A stretch of 64,000 nt of DNA, taken from Trichoplax sp. H2. Its lineage: Eukaryota. Under the pieces are notes generated by a model. That model saw nothing but the letters and a program-made list of their open reading frames with translations, had not been told where the DNA came from and ran no database searches. Within the stretch, counting starts at the first letter, position 1, and the number at the start of each line of letters is the position of its first letter. Of this stretch, positions 39,616 to 53,151 are shown in pieces. The stretch covers positions 434,001 to 498,000 of the forward strand of contig NOWV01000017.1 in NCBI GenBank assembly GCA_003344405.1. The letters run 5' to 3'. The position numbers and the translations under genes are program-made.

Positions 39616-40657
39616 AGTAGCGATAATTTAATTTTGACAATAGATTCTCTCCACCGTTGTGGATTGAAATAGAAAGAAATATGTGGTCCAGATAAAGATT
39701 AATCTATTAATAATTTTATCCACTAATAAATTCTTCTGAAGCTATAGCTTATATCGTTACTGATAATTACTGAAATTGTAAAGAAGTAAAAGAGTAAAGA
39801 ATTTGTCATGGTTAGTTGGTCAATACTATCCATTAGGTCCAGATGAGAAACTTCTCTGATAGTTGAGGAAAAAATTTCGGTATCTATTTCAGCACTTTAC
39901 GATAACTGGTTTAATCAGTTTCGACTAGTAATTATAATTACTTCACTGGTATCAAATCCATGCGCTTCTAGCTATAAGACTTACATCCGGCAACCAGTAG
40001 AAGGATTACCAAAATATTCTTCATGATTTTAGATAAATCGGGCCGTTTGTGCTGGTATAATATTTATTATAACTGAAANNNNNNNNNNNNNNNNNNNNAG
40101 TAGCGATAATTTAATTTTGACAATAGATTCTCTCCACCGTTGTGGATTGAAATAGAAAGAAATATGTGGTCCAGATAAAGATTAATCTATTAATAATTTT
40201 GTCCACTAATAAATTCTTCTGAAGCTATAGCTTATATCGTTACTGATAATTACTGAAATTGTAAAGAAGTAAAAGAGCAAAGAATTTGTCATGGTTAGTT
40301 GGTCAATAGAGTTACAGCAGTATCACCATTGATATCTATGATGATAAAATCGATATCTACAGTAATTATCGATAATCGGTAGGAGCTGGAGTAATACTGT
40401 ATATACTATCCATTAGGTCCAGATGAGAAACTTCTCTGATAGTTGAGGAAAAAATTTCGGTATCTATTTCAGCATTTTACGATAACTGGTTTAATCAGTT
40501 TCGACTAGTAATTATAATTACTTCACTGGTATCAAATCCATGCGCTTCTAGCTATAAGACTTACATCCGGCAACCAGTAGAAGGATTACCAAAATATTCT
40601 TCATGATTTTAGATAAATCGGGCCGTTTGTGCTGGTATAATATTTATTATAACTGAA
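39616..40657. repeat. Near-identical duplication across an N gap (39616-40078 vs 40099-40657), probably uncollapsed haplotypes
   Basis: The sequence restarts after the 20-N gap. The copies differ by a few SNPs and a ~97-bp indel (40309-40405). Confidence 0.85.
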
Positions 40658-42611
40658 AAGCAAGGTGAAAATCATTGTATTTGTGTTAAAATAAAAGCCT
40701 ATATCTCCATCCATTCAAAAAGCTCAATCTTGATATCTCTGTTGCAGACAACTTTCTCTAATATTAACGATAAGTTATGATGATAAATCTTGTTCAAGTC
40801 GCTGCATTACAGATATTACAAGAAGCTTTCATACTTACCTTCCTTATGCGAATGAAATAGACTTGTCAGAATTGATAGGAGAGTGAGCTACAGATAAGAA
40901 AAGGATTGAAGTATAATCGATTAAAGGCGTCTACACGCTCTTCCCGTTAAGTCAATTAAGAGCTAATCTAATTGACTCCCTTATGACGTCAATGGAGCTA
41001 AGTTCATGAAGAGGCGTTCCTGTTACCACCCTTTATTCAGCTAGCGATTTAGCCTTATTGATGAATCAACAGTCAATCATGATCAATAATAACGTTTGTT
41101 ATTTTTATAGGAAAATCTTATGAATAGAATTGATAATAAGCTTAAGGATAGATTGTATCATTTTAATTATCTTGATATATCGATATCATTTAGCTCGCTT
41201 TCTGTTTGTTCGATCAAAGCCAGATGAGCTACTGATTGAACAAGGCTCGAGACTGATAGCTTTTGTAAATAAATAAGCTTACAAACAACAGTTCTCTCCA
41301 TCATCCTATCCATAATATAATCGGTTCAAAAAATTTCCCAAACTTTTGATTGCAATTGTCATCATCATGCGAGCAAATTGATATACATATATCATATACG
41401 TATCTATCTTCAAAAGATCATTCTGGCCATAGTAAAAATAGAGTATAACCATGCCTAAGTTAATTTACTACTCATATTTATAATAGTGCTAAAATATCTG
41501 TGGTTCATTTGTATTATACCAGAATAACCGGTAACGTAACGTCGTAAACTTTTACAACTCCAAACAAATGAATCATCAACAGTGTTAATTACCAATAGAG
41601 ATATGAATCCTGGAAAAAGTTACTACGATTTGTACTGGTTTATTTTGGCAATAAGAGACAAAATTGGGTTAGATGGTGACGTCTAAAATCTTGCTTTTTG
41701 ATATCGTTAGGCAAACGATCGTCGATGTGGATAAGGAATAAAAATTAAATTAAATATTACATCATCTTGAACTATTCTGCTGACTACTTTTAAATAAGAC
41801 ATTACAATTGTTGGAACAACTTATTCGGAAATGTAACTTTATTTCATATAATAACAACGGCCACATTGTAATGATTAGGGCAGTAGTATAACGGATACCA
41901 ATAATAAACGCAAATAAAATAATGCCTAGGTGAACTTAGATAGATTAGAACCTTGTGATGTTCATAAAGAAGTACATCAAACAATTCGAAATTCATTGAC
42001 CTGTTGTGCAGAAGCATTCATGATATGGTAATACATTCTTTTTTTGTAACAGTTAATCAATTTAACAAAAGCAATACCAGTAGTATTGTTATAGAAATCA
42101 AAGACATCAATTCAGGAGCAATACATTAAATGTACAATGAAATAGCAGAAAGTGACGCCAAGACGATATAAAAAATTTGTATTTAAACATTGCATACATT
42201 GTGATACGATTTGATTATAAGTAAAGGTTTAAATTAAATTTTTGCACCAGGAAAAAATTGTGTAGATTGTTGAATTTCAATCTACGATACTAATTTTAGT
42301 CATTATTAGCTCAATCACTTTCGAAATTACACATTTATAGCCTCGTTACTAATGCGAAGGGAATATAAATTATTTAGAAATGATAAATAAAATTTAATTT
42401 ACGATATTAGATTCCATGCTTGATATCAACCATTGGCTTTTCTTGATTTTTTATCTAAAATAAGAATGTCCTTATTAATGACAACGCCATCGAAATACGA
42501 TAAAGCATTTCTTGTCAAGTGACAAGTTTAAATTTGGTATTAATTGATAATTGTAAATATCTCATTGCGACACTATGAATAGCTCCGTAGGATCTACAAA
42601 ATTTTTGTACA

Positions 42612-45128
42612 CTAACTCTTTAGAAATGCCTTCTTCCAAGTAATTGCATCAGGTGACAGCGCTTGCATATTATGTTTGCAATCCTATACATAGCATAATA
42701 TATAAAGTATGTTTACAAAATTATGGTTTACAGCAATTGTTTAGTTACTACTTATTATATCATGTGCTATACTTTGCTTCCAAATGCTAATTTTCGATTT
42801 TTGACAATATCAAATTTTAGTAATATATCCTAGGTATACTATTCACTTTTGCTATCAAATTTAGGAATAACTATACAGCTGTATACAGACTAAGCTTGAT
42901 AATAGATAAATATTTTGTTTACGATAAGCGTGTTAAAAAAATCACTTGATTTATACAATGTACGATATGTATTTTGCAATTATAGCGAGAGTTACAAACG
43001 AAATTAAATAGTTAGATGGTATTATAATACCTTGTGTTTAGAGCAAACCAGGGTAAAATTATCTTCATCCAAGAGGCAATCTAAAAATTGACCATATAAA
43101 CACATGAATTAAGTCATCTGATATAAATCTTACTCTCAATAGCCTAAAAAATACACTAGTCAATCAAAGATCTTGTTCGAAACATTAGTTCCCCTAATTT
43201 TACGTAATAGGCAAATTTTTAACTCTTTTGTATTACAGGAATCCAGAAATAAAAATGTTGGTCCTAACTATAAACTAGTCAAAAGACATTCTGCATGTTG
43301 ATAGTAGCGCATCATATTAAAATCTAACTATCGTATTGTATGAATAATAAAGTGTCACTTTACGAGAATAGGAAAGACTAGAATTTTATTGTAATATTAA
43401 CAGCCATAGTATCTTACCGCTTTGCCTTGAACACAAGAAGTGATATTTACGACTGCATCCCTTGTACAGACAACCTATCGTACCTCCGAATGTACCACAA
43501 ACGGAGCATTTCTATCATAGAAAATAAAAAAGAATATTAGACATTACTATTTCCTAGCTGGTAAATCGTATATTAATACTTGTTAATTTCAGTTACTAGT
43601 AAAATGACTGTTTAAGTAAGGTGTAATTCTTATACCACTCAAGGACCTGAATTTGGATTTAGTCGATGGCTATGATAGATCAATTAATTATCTAGTATAC
43701 GCGTAATGCAGTGTAACAAATAATTCAATTAATTTTTTAATGTCGCTTGTATTAATTATATAATTGGACTGTATAGATCAACTTTATAACTTCTAAATTA
43801 GCTCCGCTATCAGCATCTATTAGGTATCTTACATTAGTTCGACCAACTCTAACAGCGTCAACTAGACCGACAACTGTGTCTCCTAGCAGATAGACACCAG
43901 GCGACCAAACTATACAATCTTCGTGAACCCAGATTTCTTCTCGTTCTTTTTCAGAGAGAGAAGTTACATTTGCAATATTACTACCGGTATTTCGGTTATC
44001 AACGATACCAGTTGAGTCTAGTCGTCGGTTCACTGATTGTTGAGATTGGTGATTATTTTTAACAAAATGACCATCCATGTAGTGGAAAGGACCATATAGG
44101 GCACCCAAGATGGAATAATTACTGGGAAACCCACATAGCGAGCAGATCCATTGTTTAGGTCGTACACAAGGTAGTAAACTACTTTGACTGCCAATGTTAT
44201 TGTTTTGAGAGATAAGATGTGATGATGGTAATATATGATTTGCATCTGATGGCGCACTGTATCTATTATGACTATCGTTAGTAGTCTTCTTTTTGGATAG
44301 AATCGGCGATTGCTTTATATTTTTGACTTTCATAATATTACTACTGTGATTTTCGCCTTTTCTTCGATGACTTGATGTCGTTTTACAATTATCCATTATA
44401 ATTGGAATCGTATTTTTTCTGGGTCTACCTCTTCCCCTCTTAATAAATTGCCCTGTTTCCGGATCAATGACACCAAATACCTTTTTACTACTTGAATTTA
44501 GTATTTGTTCCTTAGTTCTGTTTTTACTACCAGGCGGTCGACCTCGCTTCCGCTTTACTATAGGCGTTGATAATTCATCTTGTTGTGTAATTATCTGTTT
44601 AGAGATTGCTAAAGTCAGTCCAGTCCTTGCTTTATTATAATTATATCAAAGTTAATCAGTGGTTCAGAGATAGCATTCTAATCTTGAATCGATATGGATG
44701 TATAAAAAACACACAGATTTTAAGTAACAAAAATTGGTACTGAAAGTAGCATGCATGATGGTTATCAATCTAGATTTCAGAAGAACGCACTGTAAATGTC
44801 CTGATTCCATCACAACTCGCGTATTTACTATTACTTGCACTTACGGTAATAGAAACAAATAAACTGATATTTGATAATGTTTGTAATAGTATTATGCTAT
44901 TTGTAAAGGGGTTACAGTTGTTTTTACATGTGCTACAGTTGAAAAGATTACTCTCTTTCTGTTGTACATTACTCGTATGATACAAATTATATTGATTTAG
45001 CCAGGCTTACCTTAAACGTAACAATTATAACTATCTAGCTGACACGGAGATACGCGTATAATTACCTGATCAGAATTGGTAATAAACTCTTCCGGCAAAG
45101 ATTCCGATTGTTGATCATCTGATTGCAT
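42612..45128 (-). CDS. RAI1/TCF20-like chromatin protein with two AT-hooks and an extended PHD (~346 aa); exons 45128-45066, 44594-43833, 43511-43418, 43080-43031, 42683-42612; start codon tentative
   Basis: AT-hooks KRKRGRPPGSK and KRGRGRPRK. ICSLCGFPSNYSILGALYGPF...EIWVHEDCIVWSPGVYL...CSVCGTFGGTIGCLYKGCSRKYHFLC...LDEDNFTLVCSKHK matches the RAI1/TCF20-type ePHD. Confidence 0.88.
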
Positions 45129-48100
45129 GATGTTGTCTATCTTGTTAGAGATAAGTTCTTCGTCACCAATATCAACACATTTCAGTAACGACTTCACTTT
45201 ATGACGTGGTAAACATCGCAGCTAAGCAAGTGTTAAAAATACGGCCATCAGGATACATCTACTACGACATCGAAAACATGATAAATTTATAATCATAACA
45301 TCTGTTTGACTCTCTATCTTGCCGATACTATTTTGTAATATTTGTTCTATACCTCACATGTCAGCGGATACAAGGTAAATCATCTTTGCATTCTTTAAAA
45401 TTCGACATCTACCGTACTGTAGTAGTTTTCTAGGACTTGTTGATGATGATCTATTATTACAGTTAGCTTACTACAAAATTGTTCAATAACTAATATTGTG
45501 ATCCATATTGCCTTGATGTAAGTAGTTTTAATTGTAGAATGTAGTAGCTTCAAAGTTTAAACGTGACCGAGGCGAGCCTTTAGTAGATAGGTAATGGCTA
45601 CATCTTTCATGCCATATAGAGTAAGATTTAGATTAAAAGACAAACAATGTCGTTGTTGCACTGTACAGTGTACACTGTTCGATAGTAGAAAGTGTGATGA
45701 TTTATAAAACAATAAGTTTTGCTGACAAGTGAGCAAAATTGGCAACGATCCAGAGGTTCCACATGATAAAATGATATTGTGTATTACCATGCTTCAGTAA
45801 AGCACTACAGTATAATGTGCATGCATACACTAGGTACGTACACATTGAGTTAAGCAACATTGTACAGTAATGTAATCGTCTAAAATATTGTTCGTTTCTT
45901 AAGTGATCGGAAATTGGTTACTGGCTCGCAGAGTATTACTGATAGTAGATTAGTTTAAGGATCATTGAAAGGGCGAATTTCTTTCATACGCTCGTATATA
46001 CATACAATATGCCGTTTCGTATCATGTTGTGATATAACTTAACAAACGGAGAAGAAAGTTGCATGGACAATAGAATAGAATATATATGGTTCTGCACCAT
46101 TTAATGTGGTAGAGTATGCTTTGCTATCGAGTGATACCTTGACATGATATCGATTAGGGTAACAAGTCTGAGTGATATCAGGGTGAAAGATTTGAACTCC
46201 TGTACAGGTATAAGCAAAGTGTGGAGAAAACCTGATATTACGATCCACACAAAGTGAATTGACAAGGTGAAACACTGCATAATCTATCTTTCTGTATTAA
46301 CGGTGATTCAGTAATTTTTAAATCTTTCTATCAGCTACCTAGGCATGGCAGAAAATTTGATTACCTCTATATCGATGTTGTCCAAGCTGACGAATAATTT
46401 AATTTGAATGCTTTAAAACTGCAGCTCCGACTAGATATACTTACGGTACTGTACAGTGTACAGTACAGTTCCGTAAGAGAGATTACAGTACATTGTACTT
46501 GGTACTGTACTGTATTGATCAGTCCTAGACCTGAGAAAGGTCCGGTCCGGTTCGGTTCGGTTCAATACCTTTATGATCTATATATTCAGCCCGGTTCAAT
46601 ACTGTAGTACTGAGTGTTATTAAGTTCTGGTCAGAAAGCGAAAAATGAAATAAAACGTATAAATATTACACAGTTTGGAGTAAAATTGGTATCCATCGAT
46701 ATGTCCTTATGGAAATATTTTTCAATTAGTCTTCAAAATTAGTCACAAAGATATGTGCTGATTTTTCTAAAACGAAATTAATCACGCTATACAGTACAGT
46801 TACTGTCCAGTAATTCAGAAACGCGACTCAGTGGACACTGTGCTGTACAGTGTGTTAAACCATCGCTTTGTACAGTACTGTACTGTACACCGAGCAGAAA
46901 ATTGAAAACATTTTTATTTATTTTTTCCATACTAACAGTGAATATTATCAATCCGAGGATTATAAAATGCAGATACTGTAAACTAATGCATAAAATATAG
47001 TGAATCGATACATAATATTACAGTCTATTTTTAAATAATAATCTAGATGTAATAATAATATATCTATTTTATTATGTAAAAGTAGAGGGGCTATTAAAAG
47101 GGGAGAGGCAAAAGTTGTGCACGATTTAGATTTATCATTTATTATAGGATGTCGCAATGAAAGCACCCAATTTAAAGTTGGAGCATTTTTTGTCAAATGC
47201 TGTAAGTATGTAGATTCTATGTTTTGTATATATAAAGACAGGAATTGTTCGAATCTATAGTAGTACAAAATTAGGAACTACATTACTACCCTATACGTTA
47301 TCATGACGTTATAACCTTCAATTCTATGAATTGCAAACGTACATAATTATTTTGCCCTGGGTACCCGTTTTCAATTTTTCGTTAAGATGATCAATTATAC
47401 CCATTAGCATCAAGTGTACAGTTTACATGTACGTATGGTACAATAAAGACCTGATTATCTAATTAACTACGTACTGTAGTACACTATTGACTACAGTACT
47501 GGTGTCATAAATTCCTCAATTTATTTATTTATTTACTAATCACGGCCATACCTTGTACTGTGCAGAACTACTCAGTTTCGCGAATGATATCATTAATTAA
47601 TGCAACATCACACACTTAGTATGTACAAGTACAGTATAGTAAAAGTATTTTTTTTGTTTACATACCAGTGTTGAGTAATAACTATTTTATGCTAGCAACA
47701 TTCTAATGTATTGTGCTTGTTAAAGTATGATGTAGTAAATTTGAAACTACGTTTTTACCCTCATTATGTTGTGAACGCAGTGTGAGGTAAAGTGTAGTAA
47801 AGTTAGGATTGCTATGAAATAAATATGTATTTTCTAAATGTCTAATGACTCAAATGATTTAGCTTCACTACTGTACAATTATAAGCATACGCACTACACG
47901 ATACTTACGGATTGAAATGATAGAACTCCAGCTAATTCAAATATTCGACTGTACTTTCGACAGTGGAATGAAGATAGCCAGTCTTCAATTTCCTTCGTCA
48001 TTCAAAGATATACACTTATAGTCAGTGCCTTCCAAAGTACCTTCCTGATTGTAAACAAGAGATTAATAGGGCTACATGCATGTATGTGTTGGACGAAAAT

Positions 48101-48749
48101 AAATATAATAATCAAATAACTAGAATGGCTAATAAATTCCCTTTCAATTCCTACTCTTGAAGCCGATGATTGAATTTACCGTTAATTTACAATATGTCTA
48201 TGCGTCATATAGACAGTATTTGTATTCAGGTAATACAGTTGCCAAGTTAAGTACTTTAACTATCGAACCACCAGCAATCTTCTATTTACAGTCAGTATGG
48301 TTAATAAGCAAATAGTTTAAAAAGTTCCAAGCTGATCGATATAGCAATCCTTTCATACAATTAAAATATCTGTGAACTTACTGACGTGTCACAGTTTCAC
48401 TAATTAAAATTTTCGATCTCAGTACTGTCTTTGTACGCACTTCTATGACGAATATACTATAATTATAGCGAGAGTAGACCATCGATAATTCCCGACAACA
48501 AAAAAGGACTTTCGAAATTTGAAAGCTTTAAAATTGCCTTAGTGGTTTTTTAGAAGTTTTCTACTTTACTGTTGAAGAAACTACCCAATCCATAGCTTAC
48601 GCCATGGAGATTTCTATGGCAGGCAGGTAAGGCGAATCGTTTGCATTAATACGCGTATTCAAGCGTTTTTATTACGGTATTGCAAACTGAACGAACTGAA
48701 CGCCGCGCCGTTAAACCGTATCACATTGTACGGACTAACGGACGGTACT

Positions 48750-49556
48750 GGTCCATATTATTGAATCTATTTTGGCGTGATGTCAGTAATTCTGCACATG
48801 TCCTGCAAGGTATTAGTTTTAGCTAATAATTATATTTTCTGTTTATTGATGGCTTACTTACTTACTTGGGAATAAGATACTAATTTATTTATTACGGCGA
48901 TATACTGGTATTAACTACTGTGGTGATTCATCCAGATCGAGCCAGCCCGGTGAGTGAATTACTCGTGTGATGCATAGTCCATACTATTGAATTCATTTCG
49001 GAGTGATGTCAGTAATTCTGCACATGTCCTGCGTGGTATTATTTTTAGCTGATAATTATATTTTCTATTTATTGATGGCTTATTTACTTACTTGGGAATA
49101 AGTTACTAATTTATTTATTACGGCAATATACTGGTACTACTGTGGTGATTCATCCCGATCGGTGAGTGAATTACTCGAGCGATGCTAGTCCATACTATTG
49201 AATTTATTCTGGCATAATGTCAGTAATTCTGCACATGTCCTGCAAGGTATTAGTTTTAGCTGATAATTATATTTTCTATTCGTTGATGGCTTACTTACTT
49301 ACTTGGGAATAAGTTACTAGTTTATTTATTACGGCAATATTCTGCTACTACTGTGGTAATTCATCCCGATCGAGCCGGCCTGGTGAGTGAATTACTCGTG
49401 TGATGTATAGTCTATACTATTGAGTTCATTCTGGCGTGATGTCAGTAATTCTGCACATGTCCTGGGTGGTATTATTTTTAGCTGATAATTATATTTTCTA
49501 TTTATTGATGGCTTACTTACTTACTTGGGAACAAGTTACTTATTTATTTATTACGG
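48750..49556. repeat. Intergenic tandem repeat, ~210-225-bp unit, ~3.6 copies
   Basis: atgtcagtaattctgcacatgtcctg...tacttacttggga recurs with high identity at ~48780, 49005, 49217 and 49439. Confidence 0.95.
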
Positions 49557-52194
49557 TGATGCATTGTTGCAAACTGCAACGTGGCAGCAGTGATTAAACG
49601 TTTAATATTAATTTGTATATCTTCTTGACGTTGAGTCGATCGTCTTGGACAAGATTGCGCACATCAGCAGTCCCTCAAAAAAGTCTCCTTTTATTAAGCA
49701 TTAGGATAATCCCTTATAGTTAAGAAGAATTGTGCTCAGCATTGTTAAAACAACATATTACAATCATATGCTACGCTTATCTGATTAGTCCGCTATATAA
49801 TTTATCTGTCATCCTTTCTAAAAATTGTAATAAGTTCTATGCAGTTTAACTGCTTGCCTTGGAGTTTGCAAAGAAACCTTTCCATATTAAATCTGTGCCG
49901 TCTGATCTTACACGCATATGGAACGCATGAAAGCCTTAAAGCCGATTCTTAACTGTATAATAAATCGTCAAATCTGAAAAGACTTATCATTGCTCATGTC
50001 ATATATAAAGGATGTTTATTTTACTTTTTCTTCTTCCAAACATCCATGAAAAGATAATTAATCGAAATATTTAATTTATTTACAGAAGTACTGACTGTTC
50101 AGTACTGATCTTAGTAAGTTACACTGTCTTGTGTAGTGCAGTAGTCAAAGGTCAAATTTTTTGGTATTTGCATTGTATAGTTGCATAGTAATTAGTTCGT
50201 TTAAACTGTATTTATATTTTACTTGCAGCTGCTGTACTGTCTTTATGTACTAATAAACACTACTGACCCTAACGTCAGTTGAAGATGAATTAAATTAAAA
50301 TTTGCCTTACCTAATCGTAAAATTTTTTACTTCGGACAATGTACGCCTATGCGAAACGAAGTAATGATATGTTCAATCCGGTAAGGTATTTCAATCTCTG
50401 TATATATACACTTTTAAATAATAGAAATACTCGGTTAAAATAAATCTTTTATCACCTTTGAAATGTAAATCACCGTAAAAACCTAGAAAATAGGCTGTAT
50501 ATTTATAACAGATATACGCATGTATTTATTGTATTCTAAATTTGTTTACACTTAACTCTTAGGACTTCCGTGATTATTCTAACTGTAACTCAAATCAGAT
50601 TGTCATATTTAATAGTAAATACAGCATAGTGCTGATCATTACAAGATGCTGTACTCACTTTCTAAATTTAGATTATACTGTACAATAGTTGCTCACAAAA
50701 TAGAAAGTTTGCTATGATATATCAAATGATGACTCTAACCGAAAACGAACAATAATTTTCTTGTTAAAACTCTGGATAAGTTACGGGCATATCGGGCTTT
50801 ATCTAACAGCAATTATAATGCATAATACGCGTAAATGCATAAAGGTATAAAATGTGGAAATTTATCCACTAAGTCTGTCTATGTATGCAAAATGAGTGGC
50901 AAGCGACTAAAGACACATTGATAAAGAAATTAATAATTAGCTTTCTTGATATCCAATAAGGTTTAGCGTTATACAACATCATAACGTACTCAAAAATTAG
51001 TAGATTAAATGCACCTGATATAGAGAAGTCGGATTAAATTATTTATGATTTAGTTACCATGATTTATTCAGACTAAAGATATTGACTTACCATAATGATG
51101 ACATTTGTAATTGTCATTAATGATGGCGAAAACACCTGCGAACTCAAATTAAGACTTCGTCAATGAGTTACAGCTGTCATCTGCCTTTCTTATTTTCTAC
51201 AGATGCGTTGTCAAAATGATGCACCATTATCCCTATGTTGTGTTAGCGTATAACATTTTAGAACATAATATTTAAATCTTAATGTTATGTTTATCACTGA
51301 TGTCGATACCTTTATAGATACAAAAATAATATAATAATAATAGGGTTAGAATCGTACAGTAAATTTTATTCGACATCTTAGCAATATACGATGTAAATCA
51401 GATAACTTGATTCTGAACACTTATCACTTTAAGCTGCTAAACTGGTTCGGCCAACTCTGACTCATTACAGTCCTAGATCCCAGATATTATACTCGATATG
51501 GTAATACATCACTGAATTATCTAAAACTGATTTCGTGTAATAATATAGTATTTATTCATGAAGTATTATTGTTGCTGTTGCTTCCTCATAAATATATAAA
51601 TCGAAATTCGATATGTTAAGCTGGCTGAATAACATTGTCATTTTATGCGAAAGAGCTGCATAAGCTAACCTATAATTGTGGATATAAAGTCAATTTCATT
51701 GGTTCTTAATTGTATCATAGCTGAACAATTACTAAATTCATACCAAAGTTTATGATTGAGTGACAGATTCGATGTTACAAGAAATTGTACGTTATTAATA
51801 TTTTATCAATCCTTTTGCAAATCTGTACCTGGTACACATTCACTACTATTGTGTCGAAAATTCACATTAATAGTAAATAGATATGGCATGCTGTAAATAT
51901 CGTTGCAGTCGTAAACTCTATGATCTAGGAGTAAAATAAACAGATTGCAGCGATTGGTGTTGAAAAGAGATAAAGTACAAAGATTGACATATTTGGCGAT
52001 GTAGAGTATACTACAAGATTCTTTTTTTCAATATACGCTGTTAATAGTAACAGGAGTATGGATTTGTAGGGTCAAAATTTATACATTTGCTTACATTCAT
52101 AAGCAATTTTTCAACTATGTTAGGAAAAAATTTAAATTATATTTAAGTATATTTTAATAGTTCGCTAATTCATCGGATTTTGTTTAATTTCAAT

Positions 52195-53151
52195 ATGGTT
52201 AACGACACTACATCAAATATTACCTCCCAGAGCTATTCTACCGTTACGGTTATATCTGTTCTAAGTTACGTGATTTTAATGATAGTCACCGTTTCAGGAA
52301 ACGCCTTGGCGCTGAGAGTATTCCATCGATATGTCGAACTTCGAACACCGGTAAACTATTTGTTAATTAATCTAGCCATTGCGGATATATTAAAAGGAGG
52401 AATACAAGATGGACTTGTTCTTTGTGGATTATTAACACCTGATTGGGGGTATAATCGGGTTATATGCAATGTTAGTGGATTTATGTTATCAGCTTTCCAC
52501 GTCGGGACAATTTTCACATTGACTTTGACAGGAATATTCCGTTATCTTATTGTTGTAAACTCCATGAAACATTGGATTACCAGAAAAGTGGTAGTTGCAG
52601 CTATTTTAGTCATTTGGTTATATGCTTGTTTAATAGCTTTCTTACCCATTTTGGGATGGAACCACTATACATATGATAAGATGCAACTTTTATGCTTGCC
52701 TAACATTACAATGGAAATCTCTTATCCGATATTTGCAATAACGGTGGATATTATGGTACCCATCTTCCTTTTAGGGTATTGTTATTTAAGGGTTTATATG
52801 GTCATGAGACAAAACATGCGGCGTACCACAGTCACTTTACATGGAAAAACTCGATCTAGATCGTATTCTCGCTTGCATAAAAGAGAGGTACAGATGACAC
52901 GAATGATGTTTTCCGTTTACTTAGCATTTGTAATATGTTATATACCTTATGTAATTCAGGCATATGTTCTGATACCACTGCAAATAGATGTACCAAATGT
53001 TATAGTCTTTCTTACAGGTTATATTTTAAATACTAATAGTGCTATAAATCCGTTTTTGTATGGATTCACTTCGGAAAAATTTCGTCAAGTTTACAGTGCC
53101 TATTTATGTTGTTTATTTTCGTGCCGAAAACGGGTTATGCCTAGTCGCTAA
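52195..53151 (+). CDS. Intronless rhodopsin-class (class A) GPCR, opsin-like without retinal-binding Lys (placopsin-like), 318 aa
   Basis: Seven hydrophobic segments, with GN (TM1), LRTPVNYLLINLAIAD (TM2), FRY in place of DRY, LPILGWNHY, CYIPY, NSAINPFLY and helix-8 FR plus CC. The first ATG is at 52195 (the ORF track starts at an upstream TTG). Confidence 0.9.
   Translation: MVNDTTSNITSQSYSTVTVISVLSYVILMIVTVSGNALALRVFHRYVELRTPVNYLLINLAIADILKGGIQDGLVLCGLLTPDWGYNRVICNVSGFMLSAFHVGTIFTLTLTGIFRYLIVVNSMKHWITRKVVVAAILVIWLYACLIAFLPILGWNHYTYDKMQLLCLPNITMEISYPIFAITVDIMVPIFLLGYCYLRVYMVMRQNMRRTTVTLHGKTRSRSYSRLHKREVQMTRMMFSVYLAFVICYIPYVIQAYVLIPLQIDVPNVIVFLTGYILNTNSAINPFLYGFTSEKFRQVYSAYLCCLFSCRKRVMPSR

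Noticed and set aside
46960-47268. 102-aa minus-strand ORF
   Set aside because: AT-rich, I/Y/L-biased composition typical of random intergenic ORFs; no ATG start or motifs.
48750-49556. Tandem repeat as a CRISPR array or spliced-leader/snRNA gene array
   Set aside because: Units are ~215 bp with no unique spacers and no cas genes, in a eukaryotic context. The Sm-site-like ATTTTGG is not conserved across copies.
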